DNA of 63,427 bases, the filler included, from Octopus bimaculoides (Eukaryota): assembly GCF_001194135.2 (NCBI RefSeq). It is 3 parts of 3 records of this genome, joined end to end, with 100 filler letters (N's around TTAATTAATTAA, not from the genome) between each part and the next. Parts side by side here need not be neighbours in the genome. Positions count along the whole stretch, not along the records: positions 18,407 to 50,085 come from NC_068984.1; 2 more parts are not named here. One strand, written 5' to 3'. The position numbers and the translations under genes are program-made. The notes under the pieces are model-generated. The model was not told the origin of the DNA. It did not search any database and saw only the letters and a program-made list of their open reading frames with translations. This document shows positions 22,002 through 34,583 of the stretch, one piece after another. Position 1 is the stretch's first letter. The number at the start of each line of letters is the position of its first letter.

Positions 22002-22500
22002 TATATAAACTTTCAAACGTCCAGTGACAAAGAGCTCAAACTATACTATTTCTTACAGCCTTTTCTGATGATCATCGGTACGAACCCTTACATTGGCTGT
22101 TGTGGGAATGCAATATAGTTTTTTTAATTTTATATTGTATATAAGTATGTATGCATGCATGTGTTTATAATGTATGGATACATGTATATCAATACTATAT
22201 TTAGGCACACATTCATACATATCTATACACACTTGTGCATAGTTTTGTGTGTGTGCGTGCGTGTGTGTGTGTGTGTGTGTGTATGTGTCTGTATGTTTAT
22301 GGGTATACGTGTATATGTATAAATGGTTATATGTGTAATTAACTTTATATCGGAATAAAATCATTTCTACAATTAATTTGTTTAAATTCAAATTACGATG
22401 AACGTAAACAAACAAACGAAGTTTGCTTTTAGAAGCGTTGAGATGTCTTAGAAAGTTAAAGAAGTGATTTTAAATTCTCAATCGCAGGATAATGCTAATA

Positions 22501-22554
22501 ATATAGCCTGAACAGGATAAACTACCCCTATTTTGAATCCTGTTCAGGCTATAT
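22501..22554. repeat. Perfect 18-bp inverted repeat with 18-nt spacer
   Basis: atatagcctgaacaggat (22501-22518) / atcctgttcaggctatat (22537-22554). Confidence 0.95.
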
Positions 22555-23274
22555 AATTTGTTTAAAAATTTTTGTTGACTTTTCACGTTTAACAGATTCA
22601 GCAACTGAAGCTATTCAATAAAATTTGTAAAACACTGAATACGTTTCCAATGTTCAAAAATATATCTCAAAATTTGGATTAAATTCAATAAATATTCGTT
22701 CGTCTCATCTTCAGNNNNNNNNNNNNNNNNNNNNNNNNNNNNNNNNNNNNNNNNNNNNNNNNNNNNNNNNNNNNNNNNNNNNNNNNNNNNNNNNNNNNNN
22801 NNNNNNNNNNNNNNNNNNNNNNNNNNNNNNNNNNNNNNNNNNNNNNNNNNNNNNNNNNNNNNNNNNNNNNNNNNNNNNNNNNNNNNNNNNNNNNNNNNNN
22901 NNNNNNNNNNNNNNNNNNNNNNNNNNNNNNNNNNNNNNNNNNNNNNNNNNNNNNNNNNNNNNNNNNNNNNNNNNNNNNNNNNNNNNNNNNNNNNNNNNNN
23001 NNNNNNNNNNNNNNNNNNNNNNNNNNNNNNNNNNNNNNNNNNNNNNNNNNNNNNNNNNNNNNNNNNNNNNNNNNNNNNNNNNNNNNNNNNNNNNNNNNNN
23101 NNNNNNNNNNNNNNNNNNNNNNNNNNNNNNNNNNNNNNNNNNNNNNNNNNNNNNNNNNNNNNNNNNNNNNNNNNNNNNNNNNNNNNNNNNNNNNNNNNNN
23201 NNNNNNNNNNNNNNNNNNNNNNNNNNNNNNNNNNNNNNNNNNNNNNNNNNNNNNNNNNNNNNNNNNNNNNNNNN

Positions 23275-23314
<40 letters not shown>

Positions 23315-23612
23315 GATGTGTGTGTTTGTGTGTGTGCTAGGGACATAAATTATCATCTGACGCCTGTTCCAGTAAGTTGATTATACAAACATACATGCAT
23401 GCGTACGTACAATATCTGCATACAGGACGTGGCGAAATCCTTTATTCCCTATCCTTGATAAACGTTTCGCCACCCCCACTCAAAAAAGAAACGAAATATT
23501 AGCTACATAAAGATGCCATTACCATCTTCTTGACTTCGTCAGCAACATACCAATGGTCGTGTGAATTATAAAATGTTTTCTGTCACGCCTTAATACATGC
23601 ACATACATATAT

Positions 23613-23782
23613 GTCCTTTCCACTACAGGCACAGGGCCTGAAATTTGGGGAAGGAGGAGAGTCGATTACATCGACCCCAGTGTTTCACTGGTACTTAATT
23701 TATCGACCCCGCAAGGAGGAAAAGCAGAGTCGACCTTGGCGGAATTTGAACTCAGAATGTAACGGCAGACGAAATACCGCCT
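23613..23782 (-). mobile_element. SINE family A, 5'-truncated
   Basis: B-box and tail motifs as in the other copies. Confidence 0.85.
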
Positions 23783-23797
23783 TGCATATACATATGT

Positions 23798-24160
23798 GTT
23801 GGCACTCCGTCGCTTACGACGTCGAGGGTTCCAGTTGATCCGATCAACGGAACAGCCTGCTCGTGAAATTGACGTGCAAGTGGCTGAGCACTCCACTGAC
23901 ACGTGTACCCTTAACGTAGTTCTCGGGGATATTCAGCGTGATACAGAGTGACAAGGCTGACCCTTTGAATTACAGGCACAACAGAAACAGGAAGTAAGAG
24001 TGAGAGAAAGTTGTGGTGAAAGAGTACAGCAGGGTTCGCCACCATCCCCTGCCGAAGCCTCGTGGAGTTTTAGGTATTTTCGCTCAATAAGCACTCACAA
24101 CGCCCAGTCTGAGAATCGAAACCGCGAGTCTGCTGCCCTAACCACTGGGCCATTGCGCCT
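23798..24160 (-). mobile_element. tRNA-derived SINE family C, full length
   Basis: Very similar to 58023-58408. Head aggcgcaatggcccagtggttaggg with a TCG (Arg-like) anticodon loop, consistent with OR-type octopus SINEs (unverified). Confidence 0.9.
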
Positions 24161-27100
24161 CCACGCATATACATATATATGGTACTAAATGCAACCTCTG
24201 TGTAGTAAAAGTATAATCCTTATCATCCTAACTAACAATCTGATTGTGAGAAAAGAAACCTCAATTTATCTGAAAAAATTGTAACTGCAAAATATAAAGT
24301 ACGTCTGTCCGAGAAATATTCCACCCAGAAACTGGATAATGCCTAACGACCTGAGTCAGTAGAAAACTTAGCAAGGATCATCGTCTCTCTTCCTCCAATC
24401 ACCCAATCACTTCTCTTCTACATCACTATGTGGATTCAGCACTGCAACTGGGAATGTTCAAGTTTCGCCCACAGTTCAAAATCCTGATTCCCAGATAGAT
24501 GTTCCTTTAACTGTATTCCGTCTCCAAGATGGCAAGCACTATATTTTGTGCGGTCGCCGCCTGGACGTCAGGTATTCTCGGGACCCGTACTACCGATTTC
24601 TTCGGCAAAATAGGGATAATGGCGGTCCGTCGGAGAAATGAACACCCCACGAAGTGGGGTAGCTGTTGCAGTGTGTATTGTTGTCCATTCTCCGTGGTAA
24701 CGCCATCGTGGTCATTACCACGGGACGCAGCTGAGGGGTATGTGGCTCAACGCACCTCCTCCTCCATATTCTGCTGTTTTATACACCCTTTTTCTTTCCT
24801 TTCTTTTCCCTTCTTATCTCTCTGTTTTCTTGTTAATTTACATTTTAATGTTACAATTTAATTTAAATTATCGAACTCTGTATTTTAAAATTCAGAGTTC
24901 GTCTTCTCGAAATACATCCTGAAATGATGCGAATAACTAAGCACTCACCCCAATAATCCTAATTATTTGAATGACCGCACCAGAGATTGGATTTCTAAAA
25001 TTCACGGCAAATTCAACGTTGTCATCTCCTTCATCCATGATAACACTGAGCACCCAAAATCATGCTATACAGTATTGTGATAATCGGGTCGATATTCTGA
25101 GCTTTGATCACCGTATTTTAAACATTTGATATTGCAATTTCTATTCTGTATTGCGCATGCTGAAATACTGTATCCTTGTATCTTATATTTCAATATTATG
25201 CATATTGATGTTTGGAATTCTGTTTTCCTTTGTTGCATGTTGGATTTTTAATATTGCTACTTGCACTTTCAATTAGATGAGGTGTCTAGGATTATGTAGC
25301 ACGAAGAATTTTGTATATGACTCCTGACCTTATATTTATTATTTTGTATTATACTGCACATCTGCGGCAGATCAGAAATACTTCACTTAAGTTATTGAAT
25401 TTATGGAAAATATTATAACGGTACTACGGTCCCTAGACTGTAAATACTTGATACCAAAGCCTGCACATGTCTTTCTGAGGTAACAAGGAAAAATGTTTTG
25501 CAGTGAACACCACAAATAACATACCGTACAGCAACAACCTGTTTTTGGTATTCTTTGTGAGCTTTGGTATTTGAATATGGCATGGCTCCCGCCACAGCAG
25601 TAAGTGTTCCCACTCCCTTACTTCCCCTAAAATATCTAATTTTACTAACTAACCAGCAATAGACATAGCTCAGTACTGCATCTTCTTTTCATTGCATTAT
25701 TACGTTGCCAAAAACTCCTCCAGTTAATAACAATTTCTTTTCACAAAGAGTTTAAAATGACACCACCACCTCAGTCACTGGCTATCATCACGCCTTTCCA
25801 TCTCTCACTTGCAATTTTTCTGTTGAATCACGGCTTAAGCCTGTATATATTGCGTTCCTCGCAGATGGTTTGTTAATTGGCCATTCATGATTGGGCCAGT
25901 TCCATGCTCTCGTCTGTCTACCGCTATAAGAAATGATCTGCTTATCTTATACACGTTATACTTGGTGTCACGAAAATTCCAAAGAAACAGTTGAGATATA
26001 TAATTATACTCTAGCATGGAGTCCAGTATATATACATACATATGTACATGCATGTGTACGCGCATGTGTGAGTGTAGATGCATGAAAATATGTGTGCTCG
26101 TGATTTAGGCTTTTGTTCGACAGTTTGATATCGTAAAATATATCAAAACCGTTTATAATTTATATTAATAGGATGTGTAACAAAAAGTGTTAATTCTGCT
26201 TTCTCTATATATAACTCCCGAAATAAACTGCCATCTCTGGCACTAGTTATTTTATCAACCACCACCATACCACTCACCTTTACACCTATCAGTCCTTTCT
26301 CCACGCTTTAAATAAAATATAATAAGAAAAAGAATTTATAATAACGTTTTCTTAAGTAATACATGAAATAAGATTTACAAATTTATTCAATGTGTCTATC
26401 TGAGAAAAAAAAAAAGGATAGAAATGCTATCTCGATGCAATGAATGTGTTATATTTTTCTTTTACTGGGAAATATTTCTAAATCGAGAATATTTCCTTTT
26501 CAAGTATTATTTGAAATTTGTTTTTCGTGTATGTACGCGAGCATGTGTATCCTTGCTTCTTTTTTTCTAACAAGATATCACAGAACTAATGATTTAGCTG
26601 TTCAGCTGGGTTTTATTCTATTGCTTCGACAGAAATGTAAAAATCTTATACACTACAGCACATGTAAAGGAAAGCGAGTAAATATTTTTTTTTTCTATGC
26701 AGCGTAGAAATTACATAGAAGAATAGATATCGGCGTGACATGTATAGTATCACATATTTAAAGGTGTTTTATAAAAGAAAAACTGAAAATCAAATCAAAC
26801 TGGTATATTTTGTTTATGCTATCATATTTCACTTCCAACATCTTATAGGTGATGGAAACAGTACTAAATAAACTGTTCTTTAATCATTATCAGCACTATC
26901 AATTTTGCTATCATCATGTATTCTATGCAGTCAGTCATTCCAGGGTCTTGTTTTTATTCATCGACGAGGTGTTTTTTGGTTTTCAAATGTTCGGTAGAAA
27001 AACTTCTATTCATGATATCAGCAAAACCTTTAACAGTGGCTAATATTAAGATAACCTAAGTAATTTGCCTGCCACAGATCTAAGATCTAAGCTGGCTAAT

Positions 27101-27573
27101 ATTTTGTACAGAACGTTTTCTATCTGTTTGTCACATCTTGTTCATGTTCCTTTACACAGACCCACCCAAAGGTTTGTTCTTCTATAATGACAGCTTACTT
27201 GATATCACTTCAACGGAAACGTAATAATGACACGAACGTTCAGTACACAGCAACCCGCCATACCAATATATACAACTCTTAGTCACGTGAGAGCACTTTT
27301 CTGACGACTGACAAGGGAGAAAAGCTCCCAAAGGCAAGTGAGATGGGGTTGTATTATCATTGATTACAGATTTGATTAATCTTCATCACTGACCCGTTAC
27401 TCCGTCACCGAGGTTTAAAGAACTTAACTCACTTTGTCAGATTTACAGAGTACACCATAGGAAACATTGACTGATCCCGAAAATTGTTATATATACATAT
27501 ATATGAGTGATTCCGAAAATGGTTATATATATATATAACCACTCCTACGTCTATGAATATATATATATATTCA

Positions 27574-27904
27574 TAGACGTAGGAATGGCTGTGTGGTGAG
27601 TAGCTTGCTTACGAACCACATGGTTCCGGGTTCAGTCCCACTGCGTGGCACCTTGGGAAAGTGCCTTCTACTATAGCCTCGGGCCAACCAAAGCCTTATG
27701 AGTGGATTTGGTAGACGGAAACTGAAAGAAGCCCGTCGAATATATGTATGTGTGTGTATGTGTGTGTGTGTATGTGTGTGTGTGTGTGTTTGTGTGTCTG
27801 TTTTTGTCGCCCCAACATCGCTTGGGCTTACAAAGAATAAGTCCTGGGGTTGATTTGCTCGACTAAAGGTGGTGCCACAGTAAAATCACGGAAACAAGTA
27901 AAAG
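27574..27904 (+). mobile_element. SINE family B with internal deletion
   Basis: Head, internal (TG)n and tail present; catcgcttg joins directly to ggcttacaaag, versus about 70 extra bp in the 13081-13460 copy. Confidence 0.9.
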
Positions 27905-27991
27905 TGTATATATATATATATATATATATATAACTATTGATATTGCTATTGTTACTGAATTTTCCTTTTCTCCTGAAGGAGATTCGTAGTA

Positions 27992-28197
27992 TACTTTTCT
28001 ACAAAGCCCGAAATGTTTGGAGAAGGGGCCAGTCGATTAGATCGACACCAGTACGCAACTGCTACTTAATTTATCGACCCCGAAAGGATGAAAGGCAAAG
28101 TCGACCCCGGCGGAATTTGAACTCAGAACGTAAAGACAAACGAAATACCGCTAAGCATTTCTCCAGGCGTGCTAACGTTTCTCCCAGCTCACCGCCT
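27992..28197 (-). mobile_element. SINE family A, full length
   Basis: A/B boxes and central domain intact. Confidence 0.9.
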
Positions 28198-29073
28198 GAA
28201 GGAGTTTCCTAGTATAAATCTTGTCAAATTGGACTAACCTGGAAATAAAGTCTAACAGCTTCCTGTTTTTACGAGACAAATCCACCTTCAACGGGTGTTG
28301 AACAGACCATTTATAAATAACTATTGTTGCTTTTTCCGATACAATTACTTCTAACAGTACTTTTTCTGATCGATCTTCGGTTATCTTCATTACTAAGTAC
28401 ATGTATATCAGTATACTTTACGGAAACTCAAAATAATTGGATTGTGGGGNNNNNNNNNNGGGGGGGGGGGGTAAATTGTATAAAAATCTTTTAACATTTT
28501 ATTTTCAGTCTGTCTTAAAACTGTTCGTTTCATTATTCATTTCAAACCTTATATGTAACTCGCTTGTTCTCTCCTTTTTTGTTATTGCTTTTAGCTCTCT
28601 TTTATAGTGAGAACTTCCTTTCCATTTAATTTTACCAATTTTCAAAAGCTTACATCCACTTCTACCCGCCAGTCTGACACACAATGTTATCCGCTGGTGG
28701 AGATACTGCGTTCGAAAATATCACTTTCTGGTCTGTATCGTACGATACACATTCGGCGCTTCTAAAAGAACAAATGAAAGTTTGTTTCTATACACAAGTG
28801 GTTGTTACATACTTACAACAGTTGTAATAAAGGAACTAAAGTAAAACTCTTCACATAAACCGTGCAGAAGGCAAACCAAACATCTTTCACATTTCACTGT
28901 TTTATGACTTAAGGTATTTATAGTAAATGTTATTAACTTATCAATATTTATTAGTTTCGATCTTCCTTATATATATTTAAAATTTATTGCGATAGTTTTC
29001 GGTTCACACTTTTATGTTTCGATGTTTCTTTAAAAGTTAGAGAACTACACATTAAACAATGTAATCCTATAAC

Positions 29074-29520
<447 letters not shown>

Positions 29521-32500
29521 ATGTGTCTGTTTATGTGTGTTATTGCAGCTGGCATCTCACATCTAGTTATTCGAATTTTACGATTCCGATCATCAGTCTG
29601 TTTCTCTTATTTTTGTTTTCCTTTTGTCATTTCCTTCATTAGCTATTTGATGCTTGCATTTATTTCTCAGAGTGTGTACTGTTAACGAGATTCCTTTGAA
29701 GTTATCCCTAGCATTGTTCGTGTCATGTTGGTTATTCAGATAATGTATTATAATTTTTATTTGTCGTCTAGGATACGTCAAGAATTGTTTCAGTCGAATG
29801 TATTTATTCTGTTGCAAGATTGATGTCAGGAGCATAGCTAAGTTATACGACTACTACTTTTGTTTCCTGGTGAAAGTTGCTCTATCATGAAATTCTAACA
29901 ATTTCGGAGTTTTCTGAATGTACTTATATTTCATTCATAATCTATGTTTCTGTATATTTTGTAGATATTATTCGATAGTTGGGTATAAGATTGTATAGAA
30001 CGTCGTCCGTAAAACATCTTGCTGAATTTAGTTACCTGCTTTAAAATGGCGTTCAAGATAATTATACTTCTCGAGTTGATACATTAACTACCAAGCTTCA
30101 GCAAGAGGAAAGTTATCCAACACAATTCTCCTCAAAAATGTATTGCATGACACCAGTATTATTTCCATACCTTATTCAAATATATCTGTATATGTCGTTG
30201 ACGTCATAAGTATGTAGATACTTTGGGAGAGCGTGAAAAATTTCGAGAAACAAAACCATTACACATTCTCTTGCGCCTTCGACATCATTTAACCAAATGG
30301 TTTCTAACCCAATATTTACTCGCTGTTTTAAAAATCGTATCTGCTTCGAGTTTCATCGTTCCAAAATAATATTATATTGTATATGTATACTTTTATATTT
30401 TCTATATGTCTGTATCGAGTTACTGCTGGTAATTATTCAACTATTGCTGAAAAATATACTATTTTGCTCGTCGAATTTCAAACTTTCAAGCGCCTTCTAT
30501 GAGGAGGTATTTCTGTTATTACAACTAGCAGAAAGACCGTCCTCGGGCGATTTTCTGCTAACCACTTGATAATATTTTCACATGTTATTCCCAATTCTAA
30601 TAATTTTATGATATTTTACGTCTAATTATTTTTTTGTATTATTGTGTTTACTTGCTTAATAAATATTGCTTTCATTATTTTATCACAGTCATAATCTCTT
30701 TTTTTTTAAACGAACATCAAAGTAGTCCAACTATGAGCGGGGGAACAGTTTGTCAAGTTTTACCATTCCCCCAGAACAACATAGAGATTTCAATTCAGCA
30801 AGCCATCTGTAAGCTTTGCAACGTGTGAGAGAGAGAGAGGAGAGAGAATATTGGAAATAATGAATGAAATGAACATGAAATAAAAAAAAAATGCATGAAT
30901 AAAAGGGCATAACTACAGACGTATACGCCCACGAATTTGTTGCCTCGTGTCATCAAGAAATTTTCTATAAATAACACTTAGATGTTGTGGCTTCAGCGTA
31001 TATAGGGATTTACGTAAAAGAATTTTTCCTAGAAGGTGGAGAGAGGATTTTTGGATAATTCACATGATCTGACTTTTGTTCCCCATAACTTTCAGGAAAA
31101 TGAGTATCTTTTAAAGAAAGTTTATACAAATACTTTTCAAACGGCATAGATTACGGTTATAAAGAAATTTGTGGGAGAAATTTTTTTCGAGGACTTGTGG
31201 AGAGGAGTTTCGGATCAGGAAGACCAAATAAGTAAGAACTACTCTGTTTGGACGGGAATTTTCCTCACTTTTTTAAACCACAGCCTTCGTAATTATGAGT
31301 GGGGGCCGTCTTTGTATGAAACAAAGTTTTGAAAATATTTTACAACCGCCCCCCACTCCCTCATCATCCTACTTCCAAAATATGGGAAAGCCTTTTCTGT
31401 GGAAAAGTTTTCGAAATTGTTAATAATTTCAGAGGGAAAAGTGAATGATTTGGCTGTTGTTTCTAGCACATCCCAAGACAACCGTCCTCGTTTCTTTATC
31501 ACTCTTACATGTATTGATAGTTTTCAATATTTTTCTCGCCATAAATACATTTATATGCTCTAAAAAATAAAATTTGAAAAATTATGATTTTTTTGCAACT
31601 TCACTCCCTGCCTCCGATTGTTTCTGTGTATAATTTAAAATATCGGGGAGCCTGAGAAGGTCATTGCTGCTATTTATCCACAGTGATTTATAAAAATGAG
31701 TTGCGCTAGCGATAATTCTTTTTAATAGCATACTTTTCTGTTAGAAAATCTTTTTTCTTACACACACGGCTTCGCTTGATAGAGGTGGGGATAAAAATTT
31801 AGATTACAATTTCTTTCGGCTGCCTATATACCACAAATGTACCACGCATACTTTGGCATCATCATTCCATAAAATGTGTTTAATGGGAGAGAAATATTGA
31901 GAAAAAAGACAATTCATGTGAAAGTGAAAACGGGAAGTGGTTTGGATTGTGCTAGAAACACAAGTTAACCTTCCTTGAAGTGTTCACCTTTTCCTCTGAA
32001 AATATTTACAATTTCTCGTTTTTGTTTTACCGAAAAGTATCTTCCCATAGTTTTGAAGTTTTAAAAAATGGTCAAAATCGGTCATGGTAGTTATTATTGT
32101 AAGGATTATCGCGTTCCAAATAATCATAACAGCAAAATTACGTCTTTATTTTTCTTTATAAAAATTATACCGGTATATAAAACAATTTTCATTCAATAAA
32201 TAATGTATTTACATTATGTATATAGAATAAACTGTGGGCATTGCAAATAGCAAATTAAAACTTGAGATGAAAACACTGAAATAGAGAATGAGAGACTTTG
32301 CAAATGAAAACGGAATACTCCGCAGTGAATGCAAATAATATTTAAATTTGTGAAAAATTGGAGTTCCAAAATTCAATAAACGTCAGAAATCGAAATTATA
32401 GGTAATTTCTTGGAACATGAATTTATAAATGAATTTTCAGGCAGTCAAGACTTTAATAATTGCTTTAAATACCTAATTAATAAGCAGCTTTCTCCATTAT

Positions 32501-33225
32501 ATTATTATATGGGTAGATATATCTGTTGTTGGTATATTGGTATCTTATTTGTCATGAAAGCATGATTTCATTTTCTTTACGGCATTTTCTCCTTTTGAAA
32601 AAGTCATTTCGTACATTGCTTTTCTTAGAGGTTACTGCTATACGCTTTCTTGGTTGTTCGAATATGTTATTCCTGGTTAACCCCGCTATTCTATAGAGGC
32701 TCTGAATGCTGTGCTTGTAATTTTGATACGCATTGGTGTAATAAGGTTATGTTGTGTGTCTTATATATTTATGTGCTTCGACATTTCTCTTGTAACATAG
32801 CATCTTATATAAAGAAATATTTAGAACTTCACTTATTTGCGCTGATAAAACTTTCGACTGTGACCGCACTTCTGAGATATTATCTGTTCTTCACAATCTT
32901 CTTCAACTGCCCCAAAAGGTGAGAGGGAATAAAAACAACGAATATCTTTGTAAGTTGAATTGGTGAGAAAGTTGCTCTCTTTAATATAGTTAAAACATTA
33001 TCTAAGAAATTTCAAATCGATTGTACTCAACGATATTTAACAACTAGTGTTCTTTTCTTTTGTTCATGTATATTTTTAATTTGTGAAGCATTGCCAAGAA
33101 ACCTATTACAAAGAGATTTAAATCTAATTTCGGGAAAACTTTTCATTGGGTCTATATCAAAATTTGTTTTGTATTTTCTGCACGATTTTAATCAACAGAA
33201 ATCATTGCTATTTTGAACAGAAACT

Positions 33226-33265
33226 ACCACCACCACCACCACTACTACTACTACTACTACTGGTG

Positions 33266-33311
<46 letters not shown>

Positions 33312-33376
33312 CAGCAGTAGTAGTGGCAGCAGTAGTAGTAGTAGTAGCAGCAGCAGTTGTAGTAGTAGCAGCAGCT

Positions 33377-33460
<84 letters not shown>
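33226..33460. repeat. Compound trinucleotide repeat (ACC)(ACT)(GGT)(AGT)(AGC)
   Basis: Direct reading. Confidence 0.95.
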
Positions 33461-33461
<1 letters not shown>

Positions 33462-34504
33462 AACCATGAATGAGCATTAAATTCCTTTCCATCACATGTG
33501 TATCTACGGCTTCTCTTCAATTAAATCCGAAGTGCAGTCCAAGATATGCAAAAAATGAGTCGATCACAACTAGATTGGCATTCTAGTAGAACTCTTACTC
33601 GAATGGGACTAACCAGGAAATAAGAACTAACAGATCTCTATTTATACGAAACAGAGAAAACACCAAACCGAATAAACGTTAACCCCATGTTGATCCTAGT
33701 TAGCGATCTACTTTTGATTATTATTTGAGACTATTTTGTTCTTTATAAATTACATATGTAATTTACTTAAGGTTTTGAAGATGGCAAAATGATCGGAATC
33801 ATAAAATTTTGAATGAACAATAAATAAACAACTTAATTTTTGCATTAACGATATGTTATGAACATGCCAATATATGAACGAAAATGCTGATAGGAAACTT
33901 TAGGTCGAACATAGCGCAAGTATTATTCTTTAAAAACTTCCATGAGAGATTTCGATAAGTATTTATATCTTTGTAACAAATGAAATATGTTTGTAGGTGT
34001 ATTGGAGGATGTGTATATATGAGTGGCCGTGTGGGATCTAGTTCTTTTCATTCGCAAAATATGCATTTTTTAAACGACAGGAAAAAATCTGAAAATTGGC
34101 TATAATGATATAGCTTTCCAGTCTAATTTCAATTGAGGTATGATGTGGTGGAGAAAAACGTGGAAGAAAAAAAGTTACAGAGGTTTAAAAATCGAAAAAA
34201 CTGTAATTTTAGCAAACAGCAAGACAGAAATCTTCTGCGTTTAGCGGAGCGGTGTCAACTTTAAGGAATTTATAGTTCAGCGTCTGTAAGATGACCTCTT
34301 CATTGTAGGTTTCTAAATAAACAGAAATACCTAATACATAAAACCAACATGTATAATCTTAGTGTTTCTTAATTCATTATATGTTTTTAGTATTTTTTAA
34401 ACTTGTTATATTAACATATTTGTCTGCATGTTTGTCTGCTTTATGCGTATTTCAGTATTATGTATACCTGTCATCTATTTGTGTACATCATTGATATATA
34501 AGTG

Positions 34505-34505
<1 letters not shown>

Positions 34506-34576
<71 letters not shown>

Positions 34577-34583
34577 TGTGTGT
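34506..34583. repeat. (TG)n microsatellite
   Basis: Direct reading. Confidence 0.95.

Noticed and set aside
24300-24860. GC-richer stretch with a 110-aa ORF (24529..24861), possible LINE remnant
   Set aside because: No recognisable motif in any frame; cannot support a gene or element call without a database search.
25504-25599. 96-nt AG..GTAAGT bounded segment on the plus strand
   Set aside because: All three frames contain stops and the pyrimidine tract is weak; likely chance.
33146-33520. Poly-V/L/T/Y ORFs
   Set aside because: Trinucleotide repeat artefacts.
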